From IMG/VR virus record IMGVR_UViG_3300035703_000116, positions 1 to 56,500 of that record: a stretch of 56,500 nucleotides of DNA; one strand, given 5' to 3'. Positions 19,016 to 28,132 of this stretch are shown here, one piece after another; within the stretch, counting starts at the first letter, position 1; each line of letters starts with the position of its first letter. The position numbers and the translations under genes were made by a program. This stretch comes from a virus (taxonomy: Duplodnaviria > Caudoviricetes). Under the pieces are notes generated by a model. It ran no database searches and was not told the DNA's origin. It saw only the letters and a list, made by a program, of their open reading frames with translations.

Positions 19016-19173
19016 CTTTTTCAGTTAATAAATAAATTGCAATAGTTAATAAATAAACATGCGAATAAATAAATGTAGCAAATAAATCTAATTGCACATA
19101 AATGCAACGCAACAAGCATTGCATTTATTTCTGCGATGAATAAATGTATGCGTGAATGAATAAATGAATGCGT

Positions 19174-19455
19174 TTAATCAAATGAATGCGTCTCAAAGTA
19201 TTTATCAAAATACTCTTTATCTTGAATGTCTTTTTGTTCTTGCATGAATGAATCTGAATGCAATTTACTTAATGAATGTTGAATGATCTTTTCCTTGGTC
19301 CAAAGTATTTCACGTCTCTCATCAAATAAATAATTATCTACTTTCTTGAAATAAAAGTAAACTGGATACTCTCGCCCTTCTTCATCAAATTCACGGCGAA
19401 GAAAAATTCTATCACTGTCAAAACTTCTGTCGGCGGGAATGAATTTCCTGTACAT
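19174..19455 (-). CDS. Hypothetical protein
   Basis: 93 aa ORF directly downstream of the RepL-like gene. Confidence 0.6.
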   Translation of the reverse strand: MYRKFIPADRSFDSDRIFLRREFDEEGREYPVYFYFKKVDNYLFDERREILWTKEKIIQHSLSKLHSDSFMQEQKDIQDKEYFDKYFETHSFD

Positions 19456-19456
19456 T

Positions 19457-19918
19457 TTAACTAAAGGCGTCAGTGAATGTTTTTACAAGATGTCCCCATT
19501 TTTGCTTGCGCCCAACAGAAAATAAGTACGGATTGATTAAGTAATATTTGTCACCACTTGATTCGCAAACACTGGCGACAACAAAATTAGTTTTTAATCT
19601 TTTCAGGCTTGCAGAAAACGCAGTGGGATTAAAACCAATTTCCTCTGATAGCACTTTAGCTGTAAAACGAATCTTTCCTGTTTTTGCATCGCATAATGAC
19701 ATCAATGCAAATAAAACTGTAAAATCTCTAGGCTGCAATTTTCTTTCTTTTATGTATGAAAAATAATTCCTCGCCTCCAACATATGAAACATGGCGAACG
19801 AATGAAATCCCTCTGGGTCAGGGATCTGAGAACGGTTTTCATTTTCAGCTCTAGTCATACCAATGGATCTGGGCATCTCAAATATAACTGACTTTAAGAA
19901 ACGGGTCAAGGAAACCAA
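19457..19918 (-). CDS. Winged-helix protein, RepL-like replication/maintenance family (start uncertain)
   Basis: DFTVLFALMS..KVLSEEIGFNPTAFSASLKRL (HTH) followed by YLINPYLFSVG. Confidence 0.6.
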   Translation of the reverse strand: MVSLTRFLKSVIFEMPRSIGMTRAENENRSQIPDPEGFHSFAMFHMLEARNYFSYIKERKLQPRDFTVLFALMSLCDAKTGKIRFTAKVLSEEIGFNPTAFSASLKRLKTNFVVASVCESSGDKYYLINPYLFSVGRKQKWGHLVKTFTDAFS

Positions 19919-20022
19919 TCCCTGACAGGGCCAAAATCAGCTCCTTCTATTATCTATTAGGAAGAGGGCGACAAAGGGCAAGCCGCCCAGGAATTTTTCA
20001 CAGCGGCGAATAAATAAATTTA

Positions 20023-20658
20023 CTATTCATCAAAATCAGCCTCTTCTAATGCAACAAGTAACTGTTCAACACCTAATGCGCCGCTTTGTAAATTCTTGCC
20101 CACTTCAGCAATTTTTGCGGCGCTGTTAAGTATCGACGGGATGTCACGAATATCTATGCTGCGCTCATTTTCTAAATACTCGTCTAATGTTCTTTGAGAT
20201 AAGGCGGCTAACTTAGCTGCGTTAGCAGATAAGTTCCGCCCCAAGAATTCTTGCTGTAATCTATAAGCTTCTAAACGTTTTTTATGTTCAATCGCTCGTG
20301 AATCTTGTTCTAATTTAAGTTTCTGCTGCAACATATCAATGTCATAGTCGCTAGCTCTTTGTATCCAATTATTCTTTTTGCTAATTGCTAGCACTTTGTT
20401 ATCTTGTAAGTTAAATGTATTTGCAATGTATGTTATTGATCTTCCCGATCCACAATTCAAAAAAAACTTCAGCAATTCAAACTCTTTATCAGTTTCAGAA
20501 GTTGCCCCTCCTCCATTTTTCATATAACTTCTATTTGATAAAATGCGCGAATTCAGAATTGCGTCGGGGTCATTAAACGCGAACTGTTCACGTTCGTGTT
20601 GCGATTCTATAGAATTGTCGTTTTCATTGAAATTATCAGCGTCGAATAAATCAGACAT
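20023..20658 (-). CDS. Putative terminase small subunit / HTH protein
   Basis: GRSITYIA..SKKNNWIQRASDYD HTH followed by long helical region; upstream of terL on the same strand. Confidence 0.55.
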   Translation of the reverse strand: MSDLFDADNFNENDNSIESQHEREQFAFNDPDAILNSRILSNRSYMKNGGGATSETDKEFELLKFFLNCGSGRSITYIANTFNLQDNKVLAISKKNNWIQRASDYDIDMLQQKLKLEQDSRAIEHKKRLEAYRLQQEFLGRNLSANAAKLAALSQRTLDEYLENERSIDIRDIPSILNSAAKIAEVGKNLQSGALGVEQLLVALEEADFDE

Positions 20659-20895
20659 GAACAACAAAAATACTCTGGCGACTGAAGAATAGCATTGAGA
20701 ACAGCCTTAATCAAACACTCCCCATAAAAGGGTCGTGTTTGCACGCTCGCAGGCTCGCTCACACATAAATAAAAACAAGAAGAATAAAAGACAAAAAACA
20801 ACAGGGCGCGGCTAATAAATCTTTGTATCGGCGCAACGATGAAAATCCCGCGCAGCGGAAATAAATAAACTGCGCATAACTACTAGCAGACAATA

Positions 20896-20923
20896 AAAAA
20901 CCCCTGCCGAACTAACGGCAAGG
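20896..20923 (-). terminator. Intrinsic terminator ending early array
   Basis: CCCTTGCCG-ttagtt-CGGCAGGGG-TTTTTT. Confidence 0.75.
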
Positions 20924-20954
20924 GCGAGTCGTTGCAAATTACTTTATCTATAAA

Positions 20955-21152
20955 TTAACGTTTGCAATCAAATAACTTTTCTCCTGCTGCAAAATTATCT
21001 AATTCAGCAACTCGCAAACATGCACGATACTCTAACTCTTTATTAAATTCAATAGTTGTAAAATCAACTGCTGATGCGAAAACTAAAGGGGTGCCAATAA
21101 AAATTGACGCGCAAGCACAAGCTTTTGCAAATGCACAAATGAAGCTATTCAT
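20955..21152 (-). CDS. Hypothetical membrane/secreted protein
   Basis: Hydrophobic N-terminus. Confidence 0.55.
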   Translation of the reverse strand: MNSFICAFAKACACASIFIGTPLVFASAVDFTTIEFNKELEYRACLRVAELDNFAAGEKLFDCKR

Positions 21153-21153
21153 G

Positions 21154-21414
21154 TCAGAAAACCTCCTTGACAAGATTCTTGAGTGCAGTGTTCAAATCTT
21201 TATCGTTCATGTATTTATACAGTACGTCGCAAATAAAATGAGGTTCGGGTAGAAAATGTTCTATCGCATAACCAAAGTCCCATCGAAAACGCTTTGCGTG
21301 ATCTTTTTCAAGTTTGCTTTTAGCATAATTTTCTGGAGTGAAATCAGGATAGTTTTCTTTAACTTGCTTTGCAGCTTGCAAAAGAATCTCGTAATGATCT
21401 TTTTGAATTTTCAT
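21154..21414 (-). CDS. Hypothetical early protein
   Basis: KRFRWD..LYKYMNDKDLNTALK. Confidence 0.7.
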   Translation of the reverse strand: MKIQKDHYEILLQAAKQVKENYPDFTPENYAKSKLEKDHAKRFRWDFGYAIEHFLPEPHFICDVLYKYMNDKDLNTALKNLVKEVF

Positions 21415-21420
21415 GATAAA

Positions 21421-21594
21421 TCAAGCGATGTTTAATTTAGATGCACGCTGCGCTAATTTTAACGCAGCGATTGTAGTGCTCCAGATCTCTAAAAAACGAT
21501 CATGTTGCGATGTAAAACAAAGCGTATAAGTTAAATCTTGCATCATTCGTTTTTGATTGCAACGTGCAATGTTAATCCAGTCTTGAGTGTTCAT
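21421..21594 (-). CDS. Hypothetical early protein
   Basis: 57 aa MNTQDWINIARCNQKRMMQD; fills the gap between neighbours. Confidence 0.55.
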   Translation of the reverse strand: MNTQDWINIARCNQKRMMQDLTYTLCFTSQHDRFLEIWSTTIAALKLAQRASKLNIA

Positions 21595-21620
21595 AACAAA
21601 AATGCGAGTGAGTGAAAAAA

Positions 21621-21821
21621 TCAGTTGTTGATGTAAGTGTAAAATGTCTCAATCATTTTGTATTCTTCATCAGTTAAAAAACAAATACCGAGACGCTTGC
21701 ACAAATAATCTGCGCAACTTGCAACGCTCTCGCCATCACAAATCATTGAAACGCAATCTTTGTTCAAGAAATAAAGAACGCGCATCTTGAGATCTTTTTG
21801 CGCAATTTCAAGTTTAGTCAT
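21621..21821 (-). CDS. Hypothetical early protein
   Basis: First ORF after promoter repeat 1. Confidence 0.6.
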   Translation of the reverse strand: MTKLEIAQKDLKMRVLYFLNKDCVSMICDGESVASCADYLCKRLGICFLTDEEYKMIETFYTYINN

Positions 21822-21886
21822 GAATTTTTTGTTGAAATAAATAAACAGCAAAACAACAAAGCACTTCTCTCTTTGCTGTTACAGCC

Positions 21887-21922
21887 ATTATAGCACGTAT
21901 CACATTGCGTGTCAAGCATTTA
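21887..21922 (-). promoter_or_regulatory. Early promoter repeat copy 1
   Basis: ATAAATGC-TTGACA-cgcaatgtgatacgtgc-TATAAT. Confidence 0.92.
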
Positions 21923-21934
21923 TCAATACGACTT

Positions 21935-22420
21935 TCAAAATAAATCATTGTACGCAACTAATTTATCATAGTAGAATCTATTGTTTGCATCTCTATAAAA
22001 CAGTCTCGGCGCATGATGCAACGAACCCAGGCAAATAACTATTTTCATCATTATGTTCTTTTTTCTATCTAGCAAACAAAACGACGTAACGCAAAACAAT
22101 CTTCTCAACGCATCTAAATACTCATTAACATACTCATGCAAATTATAAATCTTAAACTTGCTTTCATCAACAAACATCTCACGATTATCTTTCACGCATT
22201 GTCGAATCAACTCTTCAGATAAATCAACTGTATTCACAAAATTGTATTCATTCAAACAATCGTAGTTCTGCAAAGAAATGCACGGGAGCGATAAAGGATC
22301 TTCAGGGGCGAGAAATAAAAGTCTCTGTGTTTTGTATCTTTGCAAATAACGTTTTGCTTCGCTGAGTCTTCTTTTAACTTCAGCTGCAGTGAAATGATCT
22401 GTTGCAGAAACTTTGGGCAT
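21935..22420 (-). CDS. Hypothetical protein
   Basis: 161 aa ORF. Confidence 0.6.
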   Translation of the reverse strand: MPKVSATDHFTAAEVKRRLSEAKRYLQRYKTQRLLFLAPEDPLSLPCISLQNYDCLNEYNFVNTVDLSEELIRQCVKDNREMFVDESKFKIYNLHEYVNEYLDALRRLFCVTSFCLLDRKKNIMMKIVICLGSLHHAPRLFYRDANNRFYYDKLVAYNDLF

Positions 22421-22522
22421 TGCATGAATCTAGTACGAGAATCAATTTTCTCTCGCTCGCCAAGAATCGCCCCGAGAAGCCCACTGAATCCCCTGCCCGC
22501 ATGAATCCCCCCTGGGGCAAAT

Positions 22523-22556
22523 AAAAAGCCCCTTCCAGACGATTCTGGAGGGGGCT
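22523..22556 (-). terminator. Intrinsic terminator
   Basis: AGCCCCCTCCAGA-atcg-TCTGGAAGGGGCT-TTTT. Confidence 0.8.
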
Positions 22557-22605
22557 CACGAATCTCTCCGAGGGAGAGATCTATCGACAGGCGACAGAAA
22601 TCAAA

Positions 22606-22875
22606 TCATTTCAAATACTGAGGGCATTGTTTGATAACTGCAAGAAATGAATCAAGAACATCTCTGTCATACATCTTTCCGTTGTACTTAACTTTTATAG
22701 AAGTTCCCGTAGAAATGTAAGCTTCATCAATCGCAGCTTTTCTAGAATCTTCATCAGAAATTCCTAGCCCTCTGTATTCGCAATACTTTTCTGCATACAA
22801 ATTAGGGAGTACCTGCCCCGCATTAACAGCGCAGGGCGCAAGAATAAAAGCCAGCGTGAAAATGAGTTTTTTCAT
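22606..22875 (-). CDS. Hypothetical secreted protein
   Basis: Signal peptide MKKLIFTLAFILAPCAVNA. Confidence 0.7.
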   Translation of the reverse strand: MKKLIFTLAFILAPCAVNAGQVLPNLYAEKYCEYRGLGISDEDSRKAAIDEAYISTGTSIKVKYNGKMYDRDVLDSFLAVIKQCPQYLK

Positions 22876-22899
22876 GATTGTTGTTTGTTGAGAATGAAC

Positions 22900-23079
22900 C
22901 TAAACGATTTCGTTTACAGAAATAACCTCCTTCGTTGAAAAATGCTTTTTGAAACGATCAATCGCATCTTGTTTTGTTTTGCACTCAGAAATAACTGTCC
23001 ACCCAATAAATCCCCGAGCTTTTGTATCTTCGAATAGAATACGAAACTTTCTGTATTTAATTGTTTCGTAGCTGTGCAT
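22900..23079 (-). CDS. Hypothetical early protein
   Basis: TAATG overlap with upstream ORF. Confidence 0.55.
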   Translation of the reverse strand: MHSYETIKYRKFRILFEDTKARGFIGWTVISECKTKQDAIDRFKKHFSTKEVISVNEIV

Positions 23080-23273
23080 TAATTTTTGCATGAGTGCGCA
23101 GAAATCATAACATGCTCAACATTCCCCTCAATAGAAAGCAATGCGTCATCAATAGATTTAATGACTGCACTATTTTCTTTGTAGACTTGAGGGAATTTAA
23201 TTTGCATACGAATTAATTCTGCACGATAATCAACAAGCGCAGTGCGAATTGTTGTTGAAGAAAGAATTGTCAT
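23079..23273 (-). CDS. Hypothetical early protein
   Basis: Tightly packed ORF. Confidence 0.6.
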   Translation of the reverse strand: MTILSSTTIRTALVDYRAELIRMQIKFPQVYKENSAVIKSIDDALLSIEGNVEHVMISAHSCKN

Positions 23274-23280
23274 GATTAAA

Positions 23281-23589
23281 TTAAGCGAATGAATTTTCTA
23301 GTGAGAATTGAACAAGTCGTGTGCGATCATCTTTGTACGCTCGCACTAAATCAAGTATGTCATCAACTTGATCCTCTTGCGTATTAAAATCCTTGCATAC
23401 TAACTTTACAAGCGAAACAAAATGATCGTCTTTGTCAAATAAGATCTCTCTGTTTTCGTCAATTTGCACGAATAAATCAATTGCTTTTTGAGTAATCTGC
23501 ATTTGCGGATTCTCAAAAAAGCCAAGCGTAGATAATCTTTCAAGTGCTCCAAAAACCCAAAGGACTTGACATGTTTTCTTGTCAATCAT
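23281..23589 (-). CDS. Hypothetical early protein
   Basis: VLWVFGALERLSTLG. Confidence 0.65.
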   Translation of the reverse strand: MIDKKTCQVLWVFGALERLSTLGFFENPQMQITQKAIDLFVQIDENREILFDKDDHFVSLVKLVCKDFNTQEDQVDDILDLVRAYKDDRTRLVQFSLENSFA

Positions 23590-23720
23590 AAATCCTCCTC
23601 GTTGTCGTAAAAATAATCGTCGTCAATGAAAAATGAATCATCGCATGTATCACTCATGCAATCAGAATCAAGCCAGGGAAATAAAGCTGATTCTTGCGCA
23701 AATTGTTCCCAGTCAATCAT
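23586..23720 (-). CDS. Tiny acidic protein
   Basis: 44 aa MIDWEQFAQESALFPWLDSDCMSDTCDDSFFIDDDYFYDNEEDL; ATGA overlap with downstream ORF. Confidence 0.55.
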   Translation of the reverse strand: MIDWEQFAQESALFPWLDSDCMSDTCDDSFFIDDDYFYDNEEDL

Positions 23721-23723
23721 AAA

Positions 23724-24098
23724 TCAATCCTCAACACGTTCAGAAAAGGGTAGACGAGAAAGATTCCCGTGCTTTTTAATCGAATACAAAATGTATTCAC
23801 AAAACTCTTGTGCGTATTCTGCCTTGCAATAATCATCTCCTACGCGATACTGAACTTCTGTTTCGCAATCTGTCTCCTCTTGAAACTTTCTAACGTCACG
23901 AATCCAAACATAAATCTCCCACATCGGGCAGCACACCCCAAAGAAATCTTCGTGATCGCTTGTGTATTCACGAACAGAAAAAGAAACATACTGCTTCTCG
24001 TCTGAGAAATTAAATGTTTCGATCTCTTCAGAATCAATCCTGCCGCCGTGAAAACCTCGTGAGAAATCTTCCCAAGTGATCTGTTCTGTGATTTGCAT
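23724..24098 (-). CDS. Acidic hypothetical early protein
   Basis: 124 aa ORF. Confidence 0.65.
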   Translation of the reverse strand: MQITEQITWEDFSRGFHGGRIDSEEIETFNFSDEKQYVSFSVREYTSDHEDFFGVCCPMWEIYVWIRDVRKFQEETDCETEVQYRVGDDYCKAEYAQEFCEYILYSIKKHGNLSRLPFSERVED

Positions 24099-24148
24099 TT
24101 GTCTAGAAAAAGAAACGTGTGTCGATTAAAAATCAGTCGAGCATACAT

Positions 24149-24403
24149 TTATGTGTGCGAAGACCCATCAGGTGAGACACACCCATACATTTTGCAGTTA
24201 GGAAGAAATCCAAACAAATAAACTTCTTTGCTTTGATCGTTAATTTGCTCACACATAAACTTTGCATCTCTGAGCATATCTTTAACTTTAACGTCAAGAA
24301 TCAATGCCCAAGTCAGCAATTTGGATTTTTGCGCTTCAGTCAATAACTGAAACACGTCATAATCAATCTCGTCAGAAACAAAAAGAGGGGCGCGGAAATT
24401 CAT
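24149..24403 (-). CDS. Hypothetical early protein
   Basis: First ORF after promoter repeat 2. Confidence 0.65.
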   Translation of the reverse strand: MNFRAPLFVSDEIDYDVFQLLTEAQKSKLLTWALILDVKVKDMLRDAKFMCEQINDQSKEVYLFGFLPNCKMYGCVSPDGSSHT

Positions 24404-24480
24404 GATTGTCTGTGAAAAAGAAATGAACAAGAAATAAATGCGAGAGAAAAGAAACTACTTCCTCTCCCTCGCATGTTGCT

Positions 24481-24517
24481 ATTATAGCATGTCACACGTT
24501 ACGTGTCAAGCATTTAT
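24481..24517 (-). promoter_or_regulatory. Early promoter repeat copy 2
   Basis: ATAAATGC-TTGACA-cgtaacgtgtgacatgc-TATAAT. Confidence 0.92.
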
Positions 24518-24791
24518 CTGTCGTATCTTTGAATTTATCTTCTCGCTTCAGCAATTCAACTGCTGCGAGTTTTGCAATTACAAATAACTTAGCTTGCGTG
24601 AAAACAAACTGCTTTCTGTATTTACTCTTCAGATAACACAAAATGTTACCCGTGACAGAATCCCATTGCTTAATAGTTACATCCATAAATTGATCATGAT
24701 CTCTTGATTTACAAATGTGCTTGTAAGTTGTTGATGTTTTGACAATACGAATTACCTCGTCGTCAACAAATTTGTTTAAGCTGTCAGTCAT
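24492..24791 (-). CDS. Hypothetical early protein
   Basis: C-terminus reads into promoter repeat 2. Confidence 0.6.
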   Translation of the reverse strand: MTDSLNKFVDDEVIRIVKTSTTYKHICKSRDHDQFMDVTIKQWDSVTGNILCYLKSKYRKQFVFTQAKLFVIAKLAAVELLKREDKFKDTTDKCLTRNV

Positions 24792-24988
24792 TTTTCAAAG
24801 CAAATGTACTTGCCCCCAACAAATGCGTCTCGCAAGAAAACAAGGCGCTCCGGGGGGCAATTATGAAAAGCGTCATTGCTCAGCTTTTCATTAATAAATC
24901 TAGCACCAACAAACCCAATCGTTGTGCCCGCAAAAATTGCAGCAACTGCGTGAATGAACTCTTTGTGCTCAGAAAAGAAGTCTTTCAT
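24788..24988 (-). CDS. Small membrane protein
   Basis: Single hydrophobic helix. Confidence 0.6.
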   Translation of the reverse strand: MKDFFSEHKEFIHAVAAIFAGTTIGFVGARFINEKLSNDAFHNCPPERLVFLRDAFVGGKYICFEK

Positions 24989-24991
24989 GAT

Positions 24992-25279
24992 TCAATCAAT
25001 GTGTTTGATGTAAAATCCTGCGGATTCCCAGGAAATAACCGAGTCGGGCGGATTGAAATCAGTTTTGATACTTGCAAAAAACTCTCCCTCCAATCCATGA
25101 ATTAAAGGGAGATCAACTTCCACCTCGCCATCAAAATAATCTTTCACCCACTGAATCACTTGAGTTTCTAAATCAAGAATGTCATCATCCTTGATTTCCT
25201 TGAAAAACTCTTCTCCTGATCTACATTCATAAATGTAGAGATAGCACTCGAATGGCGCAGATTTGCAAAGTTCAGTCAT
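24992..25279 (-). CDS. Acidic hypothetical early protein
   Basis: 95 aa ORF. Confidence 0.6.
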   Translation of the reverse strand: MTELCKSAPFECYLYIYECRSGEEFFKEIKDDDILDLETQVIQWVKDYFDGEVEVDLPLIHGLEGEFFASIKTDFNPPDSVISWESAGFYIKHID

Positions 25280-25299
25280 TTTGAAATTAAACGAGTGAA

Positions 25300-25674
25300 T
25301 TAAATGTAACCAGCGTCTTGGATGCCCGGCTCATCATAAAACCAGCTAACTGACGCATCTTCGTATTTTTCACGAAGTTTTTCACAAATACCGCAAGGCG
25401 GTGCCCATGCAGTCATAAATTCAATTTGCAAATACTCATCATGATCTTCAACAAAAGAAACATCTGCTGCACAAATGTCCCACTTTGTCCCCCAATTATT
25501 TACGCGCCATGAATACCAGCCGGGCGTAATTGAATCGCCCTGCGGCAACTCTTCTTCTGAAGGTTGAGGGATCAATACATTAAATGGATGATCTTGAGAA
25601 AATAACTCTTTAATCTCTTTGATCTGATCTGCGTCAGCAGAAATCGAAACGCGATTTTCGCACCAGTTAGGCAT
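25300..25674 (-). CDS. DUF1281/YubB-like ferredoxin-fold protein
   Basis: MPNWCEN, WRVNNWGTKWD, FMTAWAPP, YDEPG. Confidence 0.8.
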   Translation of the reverse strand: MPNWCENRVSISADADQIKEIKELFSQDHPFNVLIPQPSEEELPQGDSITPGWYSWRVNNWGTKWDICAADVSFVEDHDEYLQIEFMTAWAPPCGICEKLREKYEDASVSWFYDEPGIQDAGYI

Positions 25675-25704
25675 GACAAAAACTCCGTGTTGAACTAAAT
25701 AAAA

Positions 25705-26136
25705 TCAGAGACAGCAAACGTAATCAATAACTTCTTGCGGCAATTCTTCTTTCAGCCACGCAGTTCCGTATTTGTAACCGTCATCAACTAACGCATCAAA
25801 CCGCTGCAAATACTCACATGCGTCGATGTAGAAATTATCAAACTCAACACCCGAAGCTTTTGCTTGTCGCAAGATTTCTTCTTGCACAAATGTTCCAGCG
25901 CGCATGTCATTTAAGTGCCAACGCTTCCAAATTTCATAAAGTCGCGCAGGAATGATTTCCTTCACTTCATCATGAATCTGCCCCCAGCCAAGCAAATTCT
26001 TCTCTGATTTGAGAAGTTTTTTGCCCGTGAAATAAGTGCCAACAATGCTCAGAGTCTTGAAAGACTTTTTCTCTTTGATTGAAATTTCAAGCGTGCAAGA
26101 GAATTTTTCTCCTGCAAAGAAAACAGTTTTTAGCAT
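25705..26136 (-). CDS. Hypothetical early protein
   Basis: WKRWHLNDMRAG...GYKYGTAWLKEELP. Confidence 0.75.
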   Translation of the reverse strand: MLKTVFFAGEKFSCTLEISIKEKKSFKTLSIVGTYFTGKKLLKSEKNLLGWGQIHDEVKEIIPARLYEIWKRWHLNDMRAGTFVQEEILRQAKASGVEFDNFYIDACEYLQRFDALVDDGYKYGTAWLKEELPQEVIDYVCCL

Positions 26137-26202
26137 GAGATTTTTTGATGAAAAAACAAATACAAGCGAAAAAGAATTGCCCTCTCTCGCTTGTATGACT
26201 AC

Positions 26203-26239
26203 ATTATAGCACGTTACATGCTACGTGTCAAGCATTTAT
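26203..26239 (-). promoter_or_regulatory. Early promoter repeat copy 3
   Basis: ATAAATGC-TTGACA-cgtagcatgtaacgtgc-TATAAT. Confidence 0.93.
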
Positions 26240-26742
26240 TTATCGTCTTTTGCAAAATACCCATCCCACCAGAGTTTTGATTCTTCTATTTGCGCAAGCA
26301 TTTTGTCGCAAAACTTTGCAGCATCTTCTTCTGTTTCATAAATAAATGGATCGTGATCAAATTCACCAGCACCGTAATAACTAACAAGCGTCAAATAAGC
26401 ACTTGCGCATTTAACAACATCTTGCGATGTCAGTAAATTTACAAATTCATCAAGCTCCCATCCAGTGAAATCAGCAACATTCTCTAGAAAATCACTAAAC
26501 CATTCTTTGTGTCTAGGGTGAAATCTATTTGTTCCAACGCCCAGGAATTCTCCGCTGTCATTAACAATTTTGTGACAGCGCCCTAATTCAACTTCACTAC
26601 GCCTTTTGAAATCCTCATCGTAAATTAAAACAATGGGATTGTAAATTCCTCGGCGATCAATGCAAACAAATGCGCCTCCGTATTGAAAAGGATCGGCGTC
26701 ACCAAGATTTGCAATGCAGAAATAGCTAGGCTGCGCTGTCAT
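26236..26742 (-). CDS. Acidic hypothetical early protein
   Basis: NLGDADPFQYGGAFV; ends DDK* within repeat 3. Confidence 0.72.
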   Translation of the reverse strand: MTAQPSYFCIANLGDADPFQYGGAFVCIDRRGIYNPIVLIYDEDFKRRSEVELGRCHKIVNDSGEFLGVGTNRFHPRHKEWFSDFLENVADFTGWELDEFVNLLTSQDVVKCASAYLTLVSYYGAGEFDHDPFIYETEEDAAKFCDKMLAQIEESKLWWDGYFAKDDK

Positions 26743-26978
26743 GATTTGATGTCAGAGAATTTTGTGATTTCCAAGTCAGACTTGGGCAAAGAAATTAGCG
26801 CTTGCTCAAGAACAATTTTTGCAAACTGCTCTTCAATTTTTTCCGAGTCGATAATTTTCCCGTCTTGCGTTCTTTTCTCAATGAGAAAATAATCATCAAT
26901 GCGACGAAAATGAACAATGACAAGTTGTTCGTTGCGACGATCAAAAAGTTTGAATTCGTAAATCTGTTTAATGTTCAT
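26739..26978 (-). CDS. Hypothetical early protein
   Basis: ATGA overlap with downstream ORF. Confidence 0.6.
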   Translation of the reverse strand: MNIKQIYEFKLFDRRNEQLVIVHFRRIDDYFLIEKRTQDGKIIDSEKIEEQFAKIVLEQALISLPKSDLEITKFSDIKS

Positions 26979-26981
26979 GAA

Positions 26982-27272
26982 TCAATCCTCGTCCTCGAAT
27001 GAAAATCCTTCGGGCACTTCCCATAGATCGCCGTCTTGATGCAAACCCCACTTCACGCCATCACTAATCCATTCGGCATCACGAAGAATTTCATCCCAAG
27101 AATCCCAATACAATTCATGATCTGGTCCAGCTTGACAAATAAGAACGGGCTCGTAGGGAATGTGCATTTCCTCAGCAATTTGCGGGTCAATGTGACTGCA
27201 ATAAATCTGAGGGATGTAAATGCCGTTTGTGTCAGAAACAACAAGAATCGGATCTAAATTTTTGCTGGACAT
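26982..27272 (-). CDS. Acidic hypothetical early protein
   Basis: GIYIPQ..GPDHELYWDSWDEIL..LHQDGDLW. Confidence 0.75.
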   Translation of the reverse strand: MSSKNLDPILVVSDTNGIYIPQIYCSHIDPQIAEEMHIPYEPVLICQAGPDHELYWDSWDEILRDAEWISDGVKWGLHQDGDLWEVPEGFSFEDED

Positions 27273-27341
27273 GAGATTTTCTGAGAAGCAAAAGAAACAA
27301 ATGCGACAAAAGAATGATTACTTCTCTCGTCGCATGTGTGT

Positions 27342-27378
27342 ATTATAGCACGTTACATGCTACGTGTCAAGCATTTAT
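27342..27378 (-). promoter_or_regulatory. Early promoter repeat copy 4 (core identical to copy 3)
   Basis: ATAAATGC-TTGACA-cgtagcatgtaacgtgc-TATAAT. Confidence 0.93.
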
Positions 27379-27578
27379 TTGTCATCTTTTACAAAGAAAT
27401 GAGTTCCGTTCAGCGTTACGTTATCTCGATGCGTTAGTCCAATGCAATAATGATTGTCCAAACATTTAATTAAATACTGTCCTATAGAATCTTTGATTAC
27501 AATGTATGATTCAGAGTCGCAATAAACAATCTTGCCTGAATCAACTAAATCGCGAATTTGCTGTGCATTCATAATCAA
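27375..27578 (-). CDS. Hypothetical early protein
   Basis: YIVIKDSIGQYLIKC..IGLTHRD; ends DDK* within repeat 4. Confidence 0.7.
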   Translation of the reverse strand: MIMNAQQIRDLVDSGKIVYCDSESYIVIKDSIGQYLIKCLDNHYCIGLTHRDNVTLNGTHFFVKDDK

Positions 27579-27823
27579 TCGTAATAAGCATAGCGATCGT
27601 TATACATTTCGCACGCAAATTTTTCTTCGTTGCTAATTTCTTCCTCGCCGTAATAACCCTCTAAGAAATCTGGGTCAAGCTCATTTTCTTCAAGCATGTC
27701 ACGAATTTGATCGTGACTCATCCATTTAAGACAAGCGGCTAACAAATTACTTTCACTCGTTCGCTCTTCATCAATCAAATCGTATGCGTACTGAAGTGGG
27801 TTGCTGCTGAAAAGATCTTCCAT
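27575..27823 (-). CDS. Acidic hypothetical early protein
   Basis: LLAACLKWMSHDQIRDMLEENEL. Confidence 0.7.
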   Translation of the reverse strand: MEDLFSSNPLQYAYDLIDEERTSESNLLAACLKWMSHDQIRDMLEENELDPDFLEGYYGEEEISNEEKFACEMYNDRYAYYD

Positions 27824-27843
27824 TGTAGTAAAAGTAAAAAAAC

Positions 27844-27887
27844 AAATCAAAACGAAATCAAAATGAAATCAAAATGAAATCAGAATG
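27844..27887. repeat. 11-bp tandem repeat x4
   Basis: AAATCAAAACG AAATCAAAATG AAATCAAAATG AAATCAGAATG. Confidence 0.85.
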
Positions 27888-28065
27888 GGTTGTCCCAGGA
27901 ATTTGCCTGACGATCAGTAATCTCGCCATCACGATGCAACTGATCTATGAATTGCACAAATGCTTGGCGCTTTGCGCAAATGTCGTCAGCATAATTTGGG
28001 GCGCGAAACTTAATGTGATACTCCCATTCATCCTTGAAAATAGCAATCGCTTCTTGTTTTGTCAT
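27880..28065 (-). CDS. Hypothetical early protein
   Basis: MTKQEAIAIFK..FIDQLHRDGEITDRQANSWDNPF. Confidence 0.72.
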   Translation of the reverse strand: MTKQEAIAIFKDEWEYHIKFRAPNYADDICAKRQAFVQFIDQLHRDGEITDRQANSWDNPF

Positions 28066-28132
28066 GTTTTTTTGAGAAAGAAATGAAACAGAAATGCGAG
28101 AGAGAAAATAATTCCTCGTCTCGCATGTTGCT

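Noticed and set aside
18540-19170. AT-rich tract as a coding region or mini-CRISPR
   Set aside because: No ORF of 60 aa or more in the track, and the 7-nt variable parts are far too short to be spacers.
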